Source: Clostridia bacterium (GTDB lineage: Bacteria > Bacillota > Clostridia > Oscillospirales > CAG-272). From it: DNA of 64,000 nt. Of the stretch, positions 26,492 to 34,714 are shown one piece after another. Made by a program: the position numbers and the translations under genes. Below the pieces are notes generated by a model. That model had not been told where the DNA came from, did no database searches, and saw nothing but the letters and a program-made list of their open reading frames with translations. The DNA lies in NCBI GenBank assembly GCA_017517745.1, contig JAFWYJ010000040.1, positions 18,453 to 82,452 of the forward strand, read 5' to 3'. Numbering within the stretch: the first letter of the stretch is position 1; each line of letters begins with the position of its first letter.

Positions 26492-27742
26492 TCATCTGTT
26501 TTTCAGTACCGTATTCTCGTAGTCACGAACGGCATCGAACCAGCTTGCGTCACCGACAACGCCGTTGCGCGCGCAGAACTCGTTCCAGACGTCGCCCACG
26601 GGCATCATCTTCAACTCTTCTTGAAGCATCATCAGCTCGGTGAACTGCAGAGAATTCTGAAGTGCTTTCAACTTGGCGTTGGGTGCGAGCATCGCGGTGA
26701 GAATCGCCTTTTGAACCGAGCGCATACCGATGACCCAAGCGCCGATGCGGTTGATCGAGGCGTCGAAATAGTCGGTTGCGATGATCACGCGGTCGAGCGC
26801 GTCATTGCGAACGATCTCCTTCATCATTTCCACCGTCTCGTCATCGTAGCGAACGACGTGGTCGGAATCCCAGCGCACGCCGCGGGTGACGTGGAGCGCG
26901 ATCTTGGGATTGAAGCAGAGAAGTGCCGAGATCTTGCCCGACACCAGCTCGGTGGGATGATAGTGTCCGTTGTCCATCAGCGGAACGATGCCGCGTGTGG
27001 TGGCATAGGAGAGAGCGAACTCCGCGGAGCCTGCGGTGTAGGACTCCAGACCGATGCCGAAGACCTTGGACTCGAGCGTGACGTTGACAAGGTTCTTGTC
27101 ATAGCCGCAGCCGATGATCTGATCGAGAGAATCCATGAAGCGCATTCTCGGACCGAGACGGTCGGCGGGAATATCCTTGAAGCCGTCGGGGATCCAGATA
27201 TTCATCGTGCAGGGGAATCCGGTCTCGCGTGCGAAATATTCGGAGATGCGGATGCAGGCAATGCCGTGACGGATCCAAAACGCGCGGATCTCTTCGTTGG
27301 GATTGGTCAGCGTGCCGTCGGCGGCGAGGGGATGCGAGAAATAAGTCGGATTGAAATCCAGACCGATGCCTCGCTCCTTCGCAAAGGCGACCCAGGGGGC
27401 GAAATGCTCGGGCTTGATGGCGTCGCGGTCTGCGATCTTTCCGTCGGAATAGATGCCGTAGCACGCGTGAACGTTGAGGTTATGCTTGCCGGGAATGAGC
27501 GAGAACGCTTTGTCGATGTCCTGCATGAGCTGTGCGGGGGTGGTTGCGGCACCGGGATAGTTACCGGTCGTCTGAATACCGCCGGTCAAAGCACCCGCGT
27601 TTTCAAAGCCCTTGACGTCGTCGCCCTGCCAACAATGCATGGAGACGGAAACCTTCGAAAGCTGCTCGATCACAGCCTCGGTATCAACGCCGATCTCGGC
27701 ATAGCGCGCGCGAGCGATTTGATAAAGTTCCTGTTGTGTCAT
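26492..27742 (-). CDS. rhaA: L-rhamnose isomerase
   Basis: SVSMHCWQGDDVKGFE, TGGIQTTGNYPG, MNIWIPDGFKD, RGVRWDSDHVV and FDASINRIGAWVIG match the E. coli RhaA blocks from memory. The ATG at 27742 follows GGAGGT. Confidence 0.9.
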   Translation of the reverse strand: MTQQELYQIARARYAEIGVDTEAVIEQLSKVSVSMHCWQGDDVKGFENAGALTGGIQTTGNYPGAATTPAQLMQDIDKAFSLIPGKHNLNVHACYGIYSDGKIADRDAIKPEHFAPWVAFAKERGIGLDFNPTYFSHPLAADGTLTNPNEEIRAFWIRHGIACIRISEYFARETGFPCTMNIWIPDGFKDIPADRLGPRMRFMDSLDQIIGCGYDKNLVNVTLESKVFGIGLESYTAGSAEFALSYATTRGIVPLMDNGHYHPTELVSGKISALLCFNPKIALHVTRGVRWDSDHVVRYDDETVEMMKEIVRNDALDRVIIATDYFDASINRIGAWVIGMRSVQKAILTAMLAPNAKLKALQNSLQFTELMMLQEELKMMPVGDVWNEFCARNGVVGDASWFDAVRDYENTVLKNR

Positions 27743-27781
27743 AAAAAAGACCTCCGTTTGTTTTTTCTGGTTGTCATATTT

Positions 27782-27810
27782 ATTATAAAAGAAACCCGCC
27801 TTTTTTGCAA
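27782..27810 (-). promoter_or_regulatory. Sigma-A promoter for rhaA
   Basis: On the minus strand: TTGCAA (27810-27805), 17-nt spacer, TATAAT (27787-27782). Confidence 0.5.
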
Positions 27811-27894
27811 GAGCCTTTCGAAAATATGAAAAACACACCCACTTTTACAAAAAAAACACACCACTTGGCGTGCCTGCGATAAAGCAGATATAAA

Positions 27895-27938
27895 GAAAAC
27901 CACCATTCAGCATTTGATGTACGCTGGATGGTGGTTTT
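27895..27938 (-). terminator. Hairpin terminator downstream of the XRE-family gene
   Basis: AAAACCACCATTCAGC (27896-27911) pairs with GCTGGATGGTGGTTTT (27923-27938). T-rich tracts lie on both sides. Confidence 0.55.
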
Positions 27939-27944
27939 ACGTTT

Positions 27945-28472
27945 TTACTTTATGCCTTTTTTAGCACAATAATCTAAAATGATTTTTTTGAAATGGTCAT
28001 ACTTAAGACTGTTTTTTACATCGGTAACATCTACGTAAGCCCCCATATTCAAATTTTGAATGACAGCTTCCGCAACAAATGCCTCAAAAACATAATCATC
28101 GGTAAATGCTTTTTCGATTTCTGTGTTCATATTGGTATCAATGCCATTAATTGCCGAGCGATAGATTATATTTGAGTTTCCAAGCAAATTTCCCATATTT
28201 TCAAGGCATCTCAAACCTTGTATCATATCGGAAACCATTATTTTTCCCTTATATTCAATCATTCTCTCTCCTCCTGTCAATATAAAATCTGTAGTTGTTT
28301 CCAAAACATTAGCCAAGTCCGGCAAAATAGCGGTGTCGGGCAAAGTTTCTCCTCGTTCCCATTTGCTTACAGCCTGAAACGATACGCAAAGGCGTTCACC
28401 TAATTCACTTTGCGTTAATCCTTTCAGTTTTCGTAATTCGGCAATCTGATTACCAACTTTCTTTATATCCAT
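27945..28472 (-). CDS. XRE-family helix-turn-helix transcriptional regulator with an uncharacterised C-terminal domain
   Basis: IAELRKLKGLTQSELGERLCVSFQAVSKWERGETLPD is a classic Cro/C1 HTH. The gene is visibly AT-rich compared with its neighbours. Confidence 0.85.
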   Translation of the reverse strand: MDIKKVGNQIAELRKLKGLTQSELGERLCVSFQAVSKWERGETLPDTAILPDLANVLETTTDFILTGGERMIEYKGKIMVSDMIQGLRCLENMGNLLGNSNIIYRSAINGIDTNMNTEIEKAFTDDYVFEAFVAEAVIQNLNMGAYVDVTDVKNSLKYDHFKKIILDYCAKKGIK

Positions 28473-28517
28473 TTTGGTATCATCCCTTTCATAATAATTT
28501 TGAATCGATTCAATAAT

Positions 28518-28545
28518 ATTATAACATAACTTTCCAAACTTTCAA
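28518..28545 (-). promoter_or_regulatory. Sigma-A promoter (extended -10) for the XRE gene
   Basis: On the minus strand: TTGAAA (28545-28540), 16-nt spacer, TGtTATAAT (-10 hexamer at 28523-28518). Confidence 0.5.
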
Positions 28546-28667
28546 TAACGAGATATTTGAGTTTCCAGAAAAACAATTCAACCAAAACAATATGTTTATC
28601 GCTTTTGTGCCCACAAAAGCAGTGCTTGTCAGGAAAATTGACGGACTTTCGGAATGCACGAACCAAA

Positions 28668-28802
28668 GGCTCCCTCCGGGAGGGAGCTCCCGACGAAGTC
28701 GGGTGAGGGAGAGCGCGTTACAATAAAAATTGTGCTTATTTGACAGTCGCGCGGGCTCCTTCCGTCACGCTTCGCGTGCCACCTTCCTCCCGGAGGAAGG
28801 CT
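28668..28802. repeat. 135-bp element with ~50-bp imperfect inverted arms, each holding two small GC-rich hairpins (MITE-like or structured RNA)
   Basis: Arm a (28668-28717) is GGCTCCCTCCGGGAGGGAGCTCCCGACGAAGTCGGGTGAGGGAGAGCGCG. The reverse complement of arm b (28748-28802) is AGCCTTCCTCCGGGAGGAAGGTGGCACGCGAAGCGTGACGGAAGGAGCCCGCGCG. The AT-rich core is TTACAATAAAAATTGTGCTTATTTGACAGT. Confidence 0.6.
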
Positions 28803-28866
28803 ATGTTGCCGCCCGACAGTACGCCTATGAGGTGTAACACACTATACCTTGCAGGCAAGGCGTGTG

Positions 28867-28908
28867 AAAAGGAGTACGAACAAAATGCTCATACTCCTTT
28901 TGTTTTCG
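28867..28908 (+). terminator. Terminator-like hairpin in a non-coding region
   Basis: AAAAGGAGTA (28867-28876) pairs with TACTCCTTTT (28892-28901). It is followed by GTTTTCGG. Confidence 0.35.
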
Positions 28909-29037
28909 GCAGGAAAAACCTGCTTTACGGAAGGTACCCCTTGGTGAGCGCTTTTTAATCGATTTTTGCAATATGAACCCTATTTGAACCGATTCTCGCA
29001 AACTTTTTTTGGCGCGTGAAAATTTCTCTTCAAAGTA

Positions 29038-29066
29038 TTGACAAGGTTGAATTTTTATATTATAAT
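29038..29066 (+). promoter_or_regulatory. Perfect-consensus sigma-A promoter for plsY
   Basis: TTGACA (29038-29043), 17-nt spacer, TATAAT (29061-29066). Confidence 0.65.
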
Positions 29067-29116
29067 ACTATAACACTATGTGGTGGATAGATGATTGAGA
29101 GAGGGAGGAGATATCT

Positions 29117-29806
29117 GTGGCAAGAAAATTGTTTTTGTGTGCGTTGATCGGATATTTGATCGGCGGAATCAACCCGGCTTACGTGCTTGCAAAAATCAAG
29201 GGCTTTGACATCCGCAAGCATGGTTCCGGCAATGCGGGCGCGTCCAACGCCGTCATCACCATGGGCAAGAAATTTGGCTTGATCAGTGCTTTGTTTGACA
29301 TTTTCAAGGCGTATGCCTCGTTCAAGCTGGCAGTTTATCTATTTGCCGAGACTACGTTTGCCGGTATTGTGGCGGGTGTTTCTTGCATTTTCGGCCATAT
29401 TTTTCCGCCTTTGATGCGATTCCGCGGCGGCAAGGGATTGGCGTGCCTGGGAGGGGTGGTTCTCGCCTTCAATCCCTTGGTGTTTTTATTGCTCTTGGCG
29501 GCGGAGCTGATTTTGGTTCTGATCATCGATTATATTTGTGTGGTTCCGATCACCGCGTCGATCGCTTTTCCGATCATTTACAACGTCATGGAAAAGGACC
29601 GCATCGGTGCGCTGATTTTGGGGCTTGCAACGGTGGTGATCCTTTTCAAGCACGTGGAAAACCTCAAGCGCATCCGCAATGGTACAGAGATCCATCTGAG
29701 CTTTTTGTGGAGACGGAAAAAGGAGATCGAACGTCTCAGAGAAAAAAACGTCTATGACGAGCTTGTGGATCGTTTGGAAAAGGACAGAGAACAAACCGAA
29801 GATTGA
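29117..29806 (+). CDS. plsY: Glycerol-3-phosphate acyltransferase PlsY, with a ~35-aa charged C-terminal extension
   Basis: GTG start after GGGAGGAG. GSGNAGASN and FRGGKGLA are the family motifs. Multiple TM helices are present. Confidence 0.85.
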   Translation: MARKLFLCALIGYLIGGINPAYVLAKIKGFDIRKHGSGNAGASNAVITMGKKFGLISALFDIFKAYASFKLAVYLFAETTFAGIVAGVSCIFGHIFPPLMRFRGGKGLACLGGVVLAFNPLVFLLLLAAELILVLIIDYICVVPITASIAFPIIYNVMEKDRIGALILGLATVVILFKHVENLKRIRNGTEIHLSFLWRRKKEIERLREKNVYDELVDRLEKDREQTED

Positions 29807-29813
29807 AAAAATC

Positions 29814-29857
29814 CGAGACACGGAGACTTCCCAAACGAGGTTTCCGTGTCCTTTTTT
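29814..29857 (+). terminator. Intrinsic terminator after plsY
   Basis: GAGACACGGA pairs with TCCGTGTC (29814-29849). It is followed by CTTTTTTGG. Confidence 0.65.
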
Positions 29858-29888
29858 GGTTTGAAAGAGCGATGATTTTTCTTCAACC

Positions 29889-29917
29889 CTTGACAGAGAA
29901 GCCGTTTTTGTGTATAA
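29889..29917 (+). promoter_or_regulatory. Perfect-consensus sigma-A promoter for the aldo/keto reductase operon
   Basis: TTGACA (29889-29894), 17-nt spacer, TATAAT (29912-29917). Confidence 0.65.
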
Positions 29918-29950
29918 TAGAAAAGAAGATGAAAAAAGGAGAGGGAAGGA

Positions 29951-31066
29951 ATGAAAAAACTTGGATTTGGCATGATGCGCCTGCCTGAAACGGTGTCGGA
30001 CGAAGAAAAAAGAGTCGATCTTGACGCGGTTTGCCGCATGGTGGATCTCTTCTTGGAGCGCGGATTTACCTATTTCGATACGGCGTATTTTTATCATGAC
30101 AGAAAAAGTGAGATCATCGTGCGCGAGGCACTGGTCAAACGTCATCCGCGCGAGCGCTTTGTTCTGGCGGATAAGCTTCCCGTTTCCTTTCTTGAAAGTG
30201 AAAACCTCAAGCAGGAGGACGTTTTTGAGGAGCAGTGTCAAAAATGCGGCGTGACGTATTTTGATTATTATCTCTTACATAACCTCAACACCGAGCACTA
30301 CGAGATCGCAGAGCGGCATGATTCCTTCGGTTTTGTCTCACGCTTGAAGGCGGAGGGACGAGTTGGCAAGATGGGCTTTTCTTTCCATGATACTGCCGAA
30401 GTGCTTGACCGTATCCTGACGGCGCATCCCGAAGTCGACTTCGTGCAGCTTCAGCTCAACTATCTGGATTGGGAGAGCGAATCGGTGCAATCGCGTCTGT
30501 GCTATGAGATCTGCCAAAAGCACGGCAAGCCCGTGATCGTGATGGAACCCGTGCGAGGCGGACGTCTGGCAACGCTTCCGAAGCGAGCCGAACGCCTGTT
30601 GAAGCGTGCGCGGCCCGAAGCATCGGCGGCATCCTGGGCACTTCGCTTTGCCGCAAGTCGAGAGAGCGTGTTCATGGTGCTCAGCGGCATGTCAAACATG
30701 GAGCAACTGAGCGACAATCTTTCGACGATGGATCCGCCCGCTCCCATGACACCAGAGGAGATCGCCTTGCTGGAGGAAACGGTGCGGATCATCTACGAGG
30801 ATATCGCCGTGGCTTGCACGGGATGCCGATACTGCGTGGAGGGGTGTCCCAAGCAAATCGCGATTCCCGATTTGTTTACGCTTTATAACGCCGCGATGCA
30901 GGACCGAGAGGGAGACCATACCGAGCAACGCGCGGCCTATGCGGAACTGACACAACGTGGCGGAAAGGCGTCGGATTGCATCGGTTGCCGCGCATGTGTC
31001 AAGAGCTGTCCGCAGCGCATCCGCATCGTCGAAGCGCTCAAGACGGTCGCCAAGACTTTGGAATGA
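29951..31066 (+). CDS. Aldo/keto reductase with a C-terminal 4Fe-4S ferredoxin-type domain
   Basis: An AKR N-terminus (LGFGMMRLP, FDTAYFY) is present. Two CxxCxxC-type clusters follow: CTGCRYCVEGCP and CIGCRACVKSCP. Confidence 0.8.
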   Translation: MKKLGFGMMRLPETVSDEEKRVDLDAVCRMVDLFLERGFTYFDTAYFYHDRKSEIIVREALVKRHPRERFVLADKLPVSFLESENLKQEDVFEEQCQKCGVTYFDYYLLHNLNTEHYEIAERHDSFGFVSRLKAEGRVGKMGFSFHDTAEVLDRILTAHPEVDFVQLQLNYLDWESESVQSRLCYEICQKHGKPVIVMEPVRGGRLATLPKRAERLLKRARPEASAASWALRFAASRESVFMVLSGMSNMEQLSDNLSTMDPPAPMTPEEIALLEETVRIIYEDIAVACTGCRYCVEGCPKQIAIPDLFTLYNAAMQDREGDHTEQRAAYAELTQRGGKASDCIGCRACVKSCPQRIRIVEALKTVAKTLE

Positions 31067-31101
31067 TTTTGATTTTTCTGTCAGCGAAAGGAGAAAAAAC
31101 G

Positions 31102-31653
31102 ATGATTCAAGTAATTGCAAGAGCGAGAAACACCGTGAAGGGAAGAATCCTTTTGACCGTGGCGGCAATCGTCGGCGCGGTAGCCCTGCCGCAGTTGGTT
31201 CACGTGGCGGGCAGAGCATCCGGTGTGGGAACGGCTTTGGGAGAATTGCTTTTGCCGATGCACTTTTTCGTGTTGCTCGCGGGACTTCTCGCAGGCCCTG
31301 CGGTGGGATTGGTGACGGGAGCTTGCGCACCCATAATCAGCTGTCTGCTCTCGGGAATGCCCAAGGTGGCGGTATTGCCTTTCATGACGATCGAGCTGAT
31401 CGGCTACGGTCTTGCGGCGGGACTTCTTTCCAAGTCCAAGCTTTCTTCCTTCCTCAAGCTCCTCGTCGCGCAGGTGTTTGGTCGCTTTTTGCGCGCGCTT
31501 GCGGTTTTTGTGGCGGTTGGTTTGTTTGACGTGTCGGGAATGTCGGTGACGTCGGTTTGGAATGCCGTTGTGGCGGGCTTGCTTGGAATTTTGTTGCAGT
31601 GGTGCATTCTTCCGCTCATTCTCTTCTGCGTGAACGCGTCGGAGGAGATATGA
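31102..31653 (+). CDS. ECF-transporter S-component-like membrane protein
   Basis: The ATG at 31102 follows AAAGGAGAAAAAAC. There are six hydrophobic helices. LLPMHFFVLLAGLLAGP is typical of S components. The longer track ORF (30976) would overlap the AKR gene. Confidence 0.6.
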   Translation: MIQVIARARNTVKGRILLTVAAIVGAVALPQLVHVAGRASGVGTALGELLLPMHFFVLLAGLLAGPAVGLVTGACAPIISCLLSGMPKVAVLPFMTIELIGYGLAAGLLSKSKLSSFLKLLVAQVFGRFLRALAVFVAVGLFDVSGMSVTSVWNAVVAGLLGILLQWCILPLILFCVNASEEI

Positions 31654-32087
31654 CCGATCTCGAACGTGCAAAGGAACTTTTGAAGGATTCTACTCACACC
31701 TGCGTGCTTTGCAGGGGAGAGGAGACTTGGACGAGCGACCGCACCGGCATCGCGCCCATGCTGGGCTTTTTGGAAGAGCGGATCGATCTTCGCGGCGCAT
31801 CTGCGGCAGACCGCATCGTCGGAAAGGCGGCGGCAATGCTGTTCGTGCTCGCGGGCGTGACCTCGCTTTATGCCGAGGTGCTGAGCGAGCGCGCGCTTCC
31901 CGTGCTGGAGCACCGAGGGATTGCCGTATCATGGGGGACGTTGACTCCCGCCATCATCAATCGGCGCGGGGACGGTCCTTGCCCGATGGAGCAAGCCGTG
32001 GAGTCGATCGACGCCCCCACTGAGGCATTCGAAGCGATCCGCTCTGCCGTCGCGCGCCTGAAAAAGCAAAAAGAAAAGGAATCGTAA
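31650..32087 (+). CDS. DUF1893-like protein
   Basis: An ATGA overlap joins it to the upstream stop, and GGAGGAG lies upstream. MTDLERAKELLKDSTHTCVLCRGEE resembles the DUF1893 N-terminus. Confidence 0.55.
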   Translation: MTDLERAKELLKDSTHTCVLCRGEETWTSDRTGIAPMLGFLEERIDLRGASAADRIVGKAAAMLFVLAGVTSLYAEVLSERALPVLEHRGIAVSWGTLTPAIINRRGDGPCPMEQAVESIDAPTEAFEAIRSAVARLKKQKEKES

Positions 32088-32088
32088 C

Positions 32089-32946
32089 ATGATGTTGGAA
32101 TATGCAATGACAGCGGGGCTTTACCACCCCGAAGAGAATTTTTTTGAAACAGAGATCAACCAGCTTGCCGAGGCGGGCTTTACCTGCGTGGACTATCGCT
32201 CGGTTGTGTTGGACAATACGCCCGCGCTTTTGATGCCGTATCATGAATTTCGCACGCTGATCAACGAGCATAAGCGCATCATGGACACCGCCGGCATTTC
32301 GGTTTGTCAAACGCACGGTCCTTGGATGTGGCCTCCGCTTGACGGAGATGCCGAAACGCGTGCGATCCGCTTCGAAAAAATGAAGCGTGCCATCGAAGCC
32401 AATGCCATGGTCGGTTCACGTTACATGGTTGTCCATCCTTTGATGCCGAAGGGCTACAAGGATGAGGATGCGGAACTTTCGCGGGAGGTCAATTTTGAGT
32501 TTTATTCGCGCCTTGCCGAGGTGGGCAGAGAATTTGACGTGGTGATTGCGTTGGAAAATATGCCCTTCGTGCGCCAACCGTGGTGGCTTCCTGCTCCGAT
32601 TGCCGAATTTGCCGCTTCCTTTCAAAACGATTACGTCAAGGTTTGTCTCGATACGGGACACAGCTTTATGAGGGGCGATTCCCCCGACGATGCCGTTCGC
32701 GCGATCGGTGCAGATCTGCTGACCACGCTCCATGTGCATGATAATGACGGGACCGAAGACCAACATCTCGTTCCTTATGACGGAAAAACCAATTGGCCCG
32801 CCTTCATCGCCTCGCTTCGTGAGGTCGGCTTCCGTGGCGCACTCTCGCTTGAGTCCAAGGTGCCGTTCGATTGTCCCGACGACGAGCGTCTCGCGCTCTT
32901 CCGGAAAATGAAAGCAAGTCTGGACCGCATGACGGGCGTGAGTTGA
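32089..32946 (+). CDS. Sugar phosphate isomerase/epimerase (xylose-isomerase-like TIM barrel)
   Basis: IALENMP, VCLDTGH and LHVHDNDG are the metal-ligand blocks typical of the family. Confidence 0.75.
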   Translation: MMLEYAMTAGLYHPEENFFETEINQLAEAGFTCVDYRSVVLDNTPALLMPYHEFRTLINEHKRIMDTAGISVCQTHGPWMWPPLDGDAETRAIRFEKMKRAIEANAMVGSRYMVVHPLMPKGYKDEDAELSREVNFEFYSRLAEVGREFDVVIALENMPFVRQPWWLPAPIAEFAASFQNDYVKVCLDTGHSFMRGDSPDDAVRAIGADLLTTLHVHDNDGTEDQHLVPYDGKTNWPAFIASLREVGFRGALSLESKVPFDCPDDERLALFRKMKASLDRMTGVS

Positions 32947-32957
32947 ATCATGATATT

Positions 32958-33001
32958 GCGGGGGAAGGAAAGCTTCTTTTAAGAAGCTTTCCTTCCCCCG
33001 C
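32958..33001. repeat. Palindromic repeat, copy 2 (hairpin B only)
   Basis: GCGGGGGAAGGAAAGCTTCTT-TT-AAGAAGCTTTCCTTCCCCCGC has perfect 21-nt arms. It lies 12 nt after the upstream stop. Confidence 0.8.
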
Positions 33002-33037
33002 AAATTTTCACTTTTCGCAAAAAATCGCGAATATGTA

Positions 33038-33066
33038 TTGCATAAACGAGAGAAATATGATATAAT
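33038..33066 (+). promoter_or_regulatory. Sigma-A promoter (extended -10) for prfC
   Basis: TTGCAT (33038-33043), 17-nt spacer ending in TGa, TATAAT (33061-33066). Confidence 0.55.
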
Positions 33067-33109
33067 ATCTTGTTAAATATTATTATTTTATAGAGAGAGA
33101 TGAAAACCC

Positions 33110-34693
33110 ATGAAAACAATGGAACAGGAAATCAACCGCAGACGGACGTTTGCGATCATTTCGCACCCTGACGCGGGAAAGACGACGCTGACCGAGAAGT
33201 TTTTGCTTTACGGCGGCGCGATTCAGACCGCGGGCTCGGTCAAGGGTAAGCAGAGCGACCGTCACGCGGTGTCGGACTGGATGGAGTTGGAGAAAAAGAG
33301 AGGAATCTCGATCACTTCGTCGGTCATGCAGTTTGAATATGACGGCTACTGCATCAATATTCTCGATACCCCCGGACACCAGGATTTCTCGGAGGACACC
33401 TACCGTACCCTGATGGCGGCGGACAGTGCCGTCATGGTGATCGACGCGGCAAAGGGCATCGAGCCGCAGACGCGCAAGCTCTTCAAGGTCTGCGCAATGC
33501 GCCATATTCCGATCTTTACCTTCATCAACAAGCTCGACCATGAGGCACGCGATCCCTTCGATCTGTTGGACGAGCTGGAGAAGGAGTTTGGCATCGGGAC
33601 CTATCCGATGAACTGGCCGATCGGATGCGGCGTCAGCTTCAAGGGCGTTTACGACCGCGACGGACGCAAGATCCTGGCGTTTGGCGACTCGCACCGCGGA
33701 CGTGACCGTCTGTCTTCGATCGACTGTGACATCAACGATACCGCGCGCATGGACGAGCTGATCGGCTCGTATGCTCGTGAGGAGCTGGTCGAGCAGGTCG
33801 AGCTTCTCGACGGCGCGTGCTTTGAATTTGACATCGAGCAGGTGCGTTGCGGCAAGCTTTCTCCCGTCTTTTTCGGCTCGGCTCTCAACAACTTCGGCGT
33901 GGAATTCTTCTTGGAGCATTTTCTCAAGATGACCACGGCTCCGCTCTCCCGCCGTGCAGGCGAGGCGACGGTCAGCCCGTTTGACGAGACCTTCTCGGCG
34001 TTTGTCTTTAAGATCCAGGCAAACATGAACAAGGCGCACCGTGACCGCATTGCCTTCATGCGCATCGTGTCGGGTAAATTTGAGCACGATCGGGAATATT
34101 TCCACGTGCAGGGCGGCAAGGAGCTCAAGCTGTCTCAGCCTCAGCAGATGATGGCGCAGGAGCGTTCGATCATTCAGGAGGCTTATGCGGGCGATATCAT
34201 CGGCGTCTTTGATCCGGGCATTTTTTCGATCGGTGACACGATCTGCGAAAAGACGAACAAGATCCAATTCGAGGGAATCCCGACCTTCGCGCCCGAGTGC
34301 TTTGCGATGGTCGAGCAGATCGACAGCATGAAGCGCAAGCAGTTTGCAAAGGGCATGAATCAGATCGCGCAAGAGGGCGCGATCCAGATCTTCATCGAAC
34401 CGGGCGGAGGCTTGGAGCGCGTCTACGTCGGTGTTGTGGGTATGCTGCAATACGACGTGCTGGAATCGCGCATGAAGGCGGAATACGGCGTGTCCTACCG
34501 TCAGTATCCGCAATCCTATCAGTATATCCGCCGCATTGCCAACGGTGCCGATCCCAAGAAGCTGCATTTGTTTGACGTCAAGTGGGTGCAGGACTTCCGC
34601 GGAAACGATTTTCTGCTCTTCAACAGCGAGTGGCACATCAGACACACGCTGGACAACAACGAGGGGCTGGAGCTGGTGGAATTCGGAAGCTGA
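33110..34693 (+). CDS. prfC: Peptide chain release factor 3
   Basis: RRTFAIISHPDAGKTTLTEKFLLYGGAIQ, LDTPGHQDF and INKLD are translational-GTPase motifs in the RF3 arrangement. The protein is 527 aa. Confidence 0.9.
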   Translation: MKTMEQEINRRRTFAIISHPDAGKTTLTEKFLLYGGAIQTAGSVKGKQSDRHAVSDWMELEKKRGISITSSVMQFEYDGYCINILDTPGHQDFSEDTYRTLMAADSAVMVIDAAKGIEPQTRKLFKVCAMRHIPIFTFINKLDHEARDPFDLLDELEKEFGIGTYPMNWPIGCGVSFKGVYDRDGRKILAFGDSHRGRDRLSSIDCDINDTARMDELIGSYAREELVEQVELLDGACFEFDIEQVRCGKLSPVFFGSALNNFGVEFFLEHFLKMTTAPLSRRAGEATVSPFDETFSAFVFKIQANMNKAHRDRIAFMRIVSGKFEHDREYFHVQGGKELKLSQPQQMMAQERSIIQEAYAGDIIGVFDPGIFSIGDTICEKTNKIQFEGIPTFAPECFAMVEQIDSMKRKQFAKGMNQIAQEGAIQIFIEPGGGLERVYVGVVGMLQYDVLESRMKAEYGVSYRQYPQSYQYIRRIANGADPKKLHLFDVKWVQDFRGNDFLLFNSEWHIRHTLDNNEGLELVEFGS

Positions 34694-34714
34694 CACCAAA
34701 GAAAGGAGTTCTGA

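Noticed and set aside
23926-27829. Long ORFs antisense to topB (23926-26391, minus strand) and to rhaA (26336-27829, plus strand)
   Set aside because: The opposite strands match well-known enzymes (TopB, RhaA) block by block. The antisense translations have no motifs.
28740-28958. A 72-aa plus-strand ORF in the low-G+C islet
   Set aside because: Its first half is encoded by arm b of the inverted-repeat element, giving a Pro/Arg/Ser-rich product. It has no RBS and ends in a terminator-like hairpin, so it is more likely non-coding.
30976-31649. Long 5' extensions of the ECF-S-like ORF (from 30976) and the DUF1893-like ORF (from 31557)
   Set aside because: The extensions overlap the preceding genes out of frame and lack RBSs. 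The internal ATGs at 31102 and 31650 have good Shine-Dalgarno sequences or stop/start overlaps.
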